Of a stretch of DNA of 64,000 bases, positions 61,127 through 64,000 are shown in pieces. Each line of letters opens with the position of its first letter. Positions within the stretch are counted from its first letter, which is position 1. Made by a program: the position numbers and the translations under genes. The stretch lies in the sequence record SRR31156797_1217. One strand, given 5' to 3'. Under the pieces are notes generated by a model, which saw only the letters and a program-made list of their open reading frames with translations, did not search any database and was not told the DNA's origin.

Positions 61127-61493
61127 CAAGCCGCAGCCACTCAGCAGAAAAGAGGCTCTGGAGTGCATTCCCTTGCAAAATCCAGGCACTGAAGAAGAGG
61201 AAAACCAGGATGGGTTACTCCTTACCTACTCAGTGGAGGTGAAACCCTTTTTCCATACATTGATCAAAAGGGTTACAGGAAAGGACACAAGCAATATACG
61301 CAGAAAAATTCAGCTTGACCAAATGGGAAGTTCTGTATGGCAATTAATTGACGGCCAACGGAGTGTCCGGGACATAGCGACGAATTTCCAACGCCGACAT
61401 CAACTCGACAATCGCGAATCGGAAATTTCAGTCACCAGCTTTCTCAAAGAACTGGGAAAGCGTGGCCTAGTAGCGATGAAGCAAGAAGGTTAG
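61107..61493 (+). CDS. PqqD family / RiPP recognition element (RRE) protein
   Basis: LDQMGSSVWQLIDGQRSVRDIA...VTSFLKELGKRGLV winged-helix pattern. Confidence 0.82.
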   Translation: MPTNHNNKPQPLSRKEALECIPLQNPGTEEEENQDGLLLTYSVEVKPFFHTLIKRVTGKDTSNIRRKIQLDQMGSSVWQLIDGQRSVRDIATNFQRRHQLDNRESEISVTSFLKELGKRGLVAMKQEG

Positions 61494-62347
61494 TCCGATT
61501 TCCTCATCAAAAACCGTTTTTGAATCTGCTGGAGATCGTTCCACGTTGCACGTTTCATCTCTTCATGGGCAAGAAGAAAACGGGGATGGAAAGTGACCAT
61601 CACCTGTACTGGATGTTCTTCGTAGTAGCGATATCGACGGAATGTTCCGCGCAAGCGAACAACGGGTTCGTTTTTGCCAAGAACGGCTTTAGCGCTTAAG
61701 TCCCCCATGGCACAGATAACAGATGGTTGTACAGCTGCAATCTCACGGGCAAGATACGGCAGGCACTGCTGCAGTTGTTCCTCTCCAGGAATATCACCAC
61801 TGTTGCTGCAGCATTTAATGCAGTTTGTGATATAAACTTCTTCCTGTTTCAACCCCAGAGCAACTATCATTTTGGCAAGCATCTCATCTTCTGCCCTGCC
61901 AAACAAGCAAACAGATTTATCCTTACTCGTATTCAAGAGGTAGTCACCGATGATCATGAGGCGCACCTTTTCAGGAAGCCTCGCCGGCAGACTCAATGCC
62001 GAACCGTCGCTTAAGGAGCATTGAGCGCAGTCAGCAATGCGTTGAAAAATATCTTGTACAGCTTTCCCATCCATGCCTTTTTGTGTCGACACAGATGCCT
62101 TGTCAGTAGCAATCGGCTTCTTCACGCTCTTACGTTCGGGTAAAGGAGGCCCGGAAGGAAGGGAACGGTGAGGGCGCAGCGTGGATTGTTGAAGCCCTTC
62201 TAACAGGGGGTAGACCGAAATACCTATCTGCTGCTGAAACAGAAGCAGCCGACGCAGGTCGTTGGCCATTCTGACAATACTATGAGCGTCTGGATGCTGC
62301 CCAGGAGAATTGGACACCTCTCCAAGTTCTTTATTTTTGGCTGACAA
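61490..62347 (-). CDS. Uracil-DNA glycosylase family 4-like protein
   Basis: CAQC.L, LMIIGD, YITNCIKC, CLPYL..EI...QP, TFHPRFLL; start uncertain. Confidence 0.85.
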   Translation of the reverse strand: MSAKNKELGEVSNSPGQHPDAHSIVRMANDLRRLLLFQQQIGISVYPLLEGLQQSTLRPHRSLPSGPPLPERKSVKKPIATDKASVSTQKGMDGKAVQDIFQRIADCAQCSLSDGSALSLPARLPEKVRLMIIGDYLLNTSKDKSVCLFGRAEDEMLAKMIVALGLKQEEVYITNCIKCCSNSGDIPGEEQLQQCLPYLAREIAAVQPSVICAMGDLSAKAVLGKNEPVVRLRGTFRRYRYYEEHPVQVMVTFHPRFLLAHEEMKRATWNDLQQIQKRFLMRKSD

Positions 62348-62507
62348 AGTTCACTCCTGTGTTTACTGTTCCTCTTGAATCGTATCTGTCTGAAGGCTAA
62401 TTTGCCAAGTGGCCACAGTCCCAAAGGGATGCTGTTAGTGCGCACTGACAATGTAAACAGATATCACAGATGCAAGAAACCCCATACATTTCTCCCAGAG
62501 GTAAAAA

Positions 62508-62729
62508 ATGCCTATTTATGAATATGAATGCAAGGACTGCAAACATCAGTTTGAAGTATTGACGACCCAGTCGCAACAGACAGAAAATGTCAAATGCCCA
62601 AAATGTCAAAGTACTGATGTGGTAAAAAACATGTCTGCTTCCAGCGTTCGCATAGGCTCTTCTGCACCAGCCTCGCTTGGTTCGGCGTCACCTGGGTGCT
62701 CGTCAACATCCGGTTTTTCCTGAGCATAA
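62508..62729 (+). CDS. FmdB family zinc-ribbon protein; possible C-terminal Sec (GFS-U-A*), otherwise ends at 62723
   Basis: MPIYEYECKDC...CPKC; TGA GCA TAA followed by a SECIS-like hairpin. Confidence 0.85.
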
Positions 62730-62732
62730 AGA

Positions 62733-62753
62733 TATGGGCCCGTGTGGTCCATA
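62733..62753 (+). promoter_or_regulatory. SECIS-like hairpin (alternatively a terminator)
   Basis: UAUGGGCC-[CGUGU]-GGUCCAUA; 17 nt between UGA and loop; no U-tract on the + strand. Confidence 0.5.
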
Positions 62754-62829
62754 AATTAATAAAGGTGAGTCAGCGAATGCTGCACCGAATCAGCAGCTCT
62801 CGAAATAAACAGGAATGGGGAAGAAATAT

Positions 62830-63156
62830 TTATTTCTTTTTTTTATATCGATTAAAATCGTATACTTCCTCATTTTTCTTCAACATTCCATGTTTTTTCC
62901 TAGCCAAATTCTCAATACTGGTATCATCAGTTTTCAAACGATGTATTTCTTCAGTAAGGATAGCATTGGCATCTTCTAAGCGAACATTTTCCTGGGATAT
63001 GGTTTGTACATTTCGCTGCAGCTTATAGTAGTGCAGGAGCCCTCTTCCCGGCATAAAAAGGAGCAGGAGCAGACCCAACGTAATAACAATGAAAAATACA
63101 CGCCATAGAATCTTCCTGTTACGCTCCACCTGCTGAAGATCTCTACGCTCTGCCAT
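62830..63156 (-). CDS. ftsB: Septum formation initiator (FtsB/DivIC family)
   Basis: TM, coiled coil, IENLARKKHGMLKKNEEVY. Confidence 0.85.
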   Translation of the reverse strand: MAERRDLQQVERNRKILWRVFFIVITLGLLLLLFMPGRGLLHYYKLQRNVQTISQENVRLEDANAILTEEIHRLKTDDTSIENLARKKHGMLKKNEEVYDFNRYKKKK

Positions 63157-63194
63157 ACTTAAACATCCCTACCAGCAATCCTGAAAAAGGTACC

Positions 63195-63614
63195 ATGAAT
63201 AATTACGTTGAAAAATGCCTTGTCAGCGCCTGCCTTACAGGACTCACGACACGATACGACGGAAAAAGCAAAAAAAACCAGTCCTGCATGCATTGCCTGG
63301 AAAATACTCTATGGGTACCGGTATGCCCTGAGCAACTGGGAGGCTTACCAACGCCTAGAGCTGCCGCTTCAATTATTGGCGGCAATGGGTTTGATGTCCT
63401 TAGGGGTACGGCAAAAGTTATGGATCGTGACCATAACGATGTCACCTCAAACTTTATCCACGGAGCAGAGCAGGTTCTTTCCATTGCCCAGTCACAGGAA
63501 ATCAGTATCTGCTACCTGAAATCCCGCAGCCCCTCCTGTGCTATCAATGACAATGCCGGAGTTACGGCGGCCTTACTCATGCAACACGGGATAAAAGTTC
63601 TCGAATTCACTTAA
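63195..63614 (+). CDS. DUF523 / 2-thiouracil desulfidase (TudS) family
   Basis: VSACLTG..RYDG, VCPEQLGGLPTPR, LKSRSPSC. Confidence 0.88.
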   Translation: MNNYVEKCLVSACLTGLTTRYDGKSKKNQSCMHCLENTLWVPVCPEQLGGLPTPRAAASIIGGNGFDVLRGTAKVMDRDHNDVTSNFIHGAEQVLSIAQSQEISICYLKSRSPSCAINDNAGVTAALLMQHGIKVLEFT

Positions 63615-63641
63615 GACCACTTTCAACTCGCCGCCTTTACT

Positions 63642-64000
63642 TTAATTATGTTTTTCCTCTGCGCCCTTTGCTTGCCCAGCTGGCAAAGCGTCACTGCTTT
63701 GTGCTTTCTCCAGCCTGAAAATCCTTATCAGCAGAATTCCAGCTTCATAGAGTAAGTACAACGGGCCACCCATCAAAGCCATATTCACTATATCAGGTGT
63801 AGGGGTAAGCAGTGCTGAAAGAATGGCAATGCCGAGCACTGCAAATCGCCTATTTTTTTCAAATGTCCGGCGAGTAAAGATACCGACCTGAGCACTAAAA
63901 ATCATAAATACAGGCAGCTCAAAAATAACCCCAAATGCCAGAATAAACAATGTGGTAAAATTGACAAATCGACCAATGGATATGACAGCCCGCATATCCT
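63642..64000 (-). CDS. tatC: Twin-arginine translocase TatC, 3' part (truncated by window edge)
   Basis: FGVIFELP, RRFAV, ALLTPTPD, PLYLLYE. Confidence 0.92.
   Translation of the reverse strand, partial: DMRAVISIGRFVNFTTLFILAFGVIFELPVFMIFSAQVGIFTRRTFEKNRRFAVLGIAILSALLTPTPDIVNMALMGGPLYLLYEAGILLIRIFRLEKAQSSDALPAGQAKGAEEKHN

Overview
Mostly housekeeping chromosome of a sulfate-reducing Desulfobacterota bacterium; DsrA/DsrB/DsrD and gene order suggest Desulfobulbales/Desulfocapsaceae (inference). It carries dsrABD, the F0 ATP synthase genes, hemL, trxA, bamD, secDF, gap, glgA, pgi, rpe, dnaG plus a sigma-70 gene, dprA, upp/uraA, cbpAM, rmuC, rimO and partial tatC and kdnB-like genes. I recognised no rRNA, tRNA, CRISPR array, transposase or prophage. 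Signals the ORF track misses or does not explain: (1) a DsbA/FrnE-family selenoprotein with a UPWC motif and SECIS-like hairpin; (2) a probable C-terminal Sec in an FmdB zinc-ribbon protein with a near-identical SECIS loop; (3) an orphan, apparently inactive E2/UBC-fold domain fused to a membrane anchor and TPR-like repeats; (4) a divergent RpoD-like sigma whose acidic region 1.1 seems replaced by a basic ERR/DRR tail; (5) an uncalled 57-aa DnaJ-type zinc-finger ORF; (6) a terminator between dsrB and dsrD; (7) a diadenylate-cyclase-like protein; (8) an ABC exporter with an interrupted NBD, followed by cNMP-binding and PqqD/RRE genes; (9) two MITE-like elements. All family calls come from motif recognition by eye; no searches were run.
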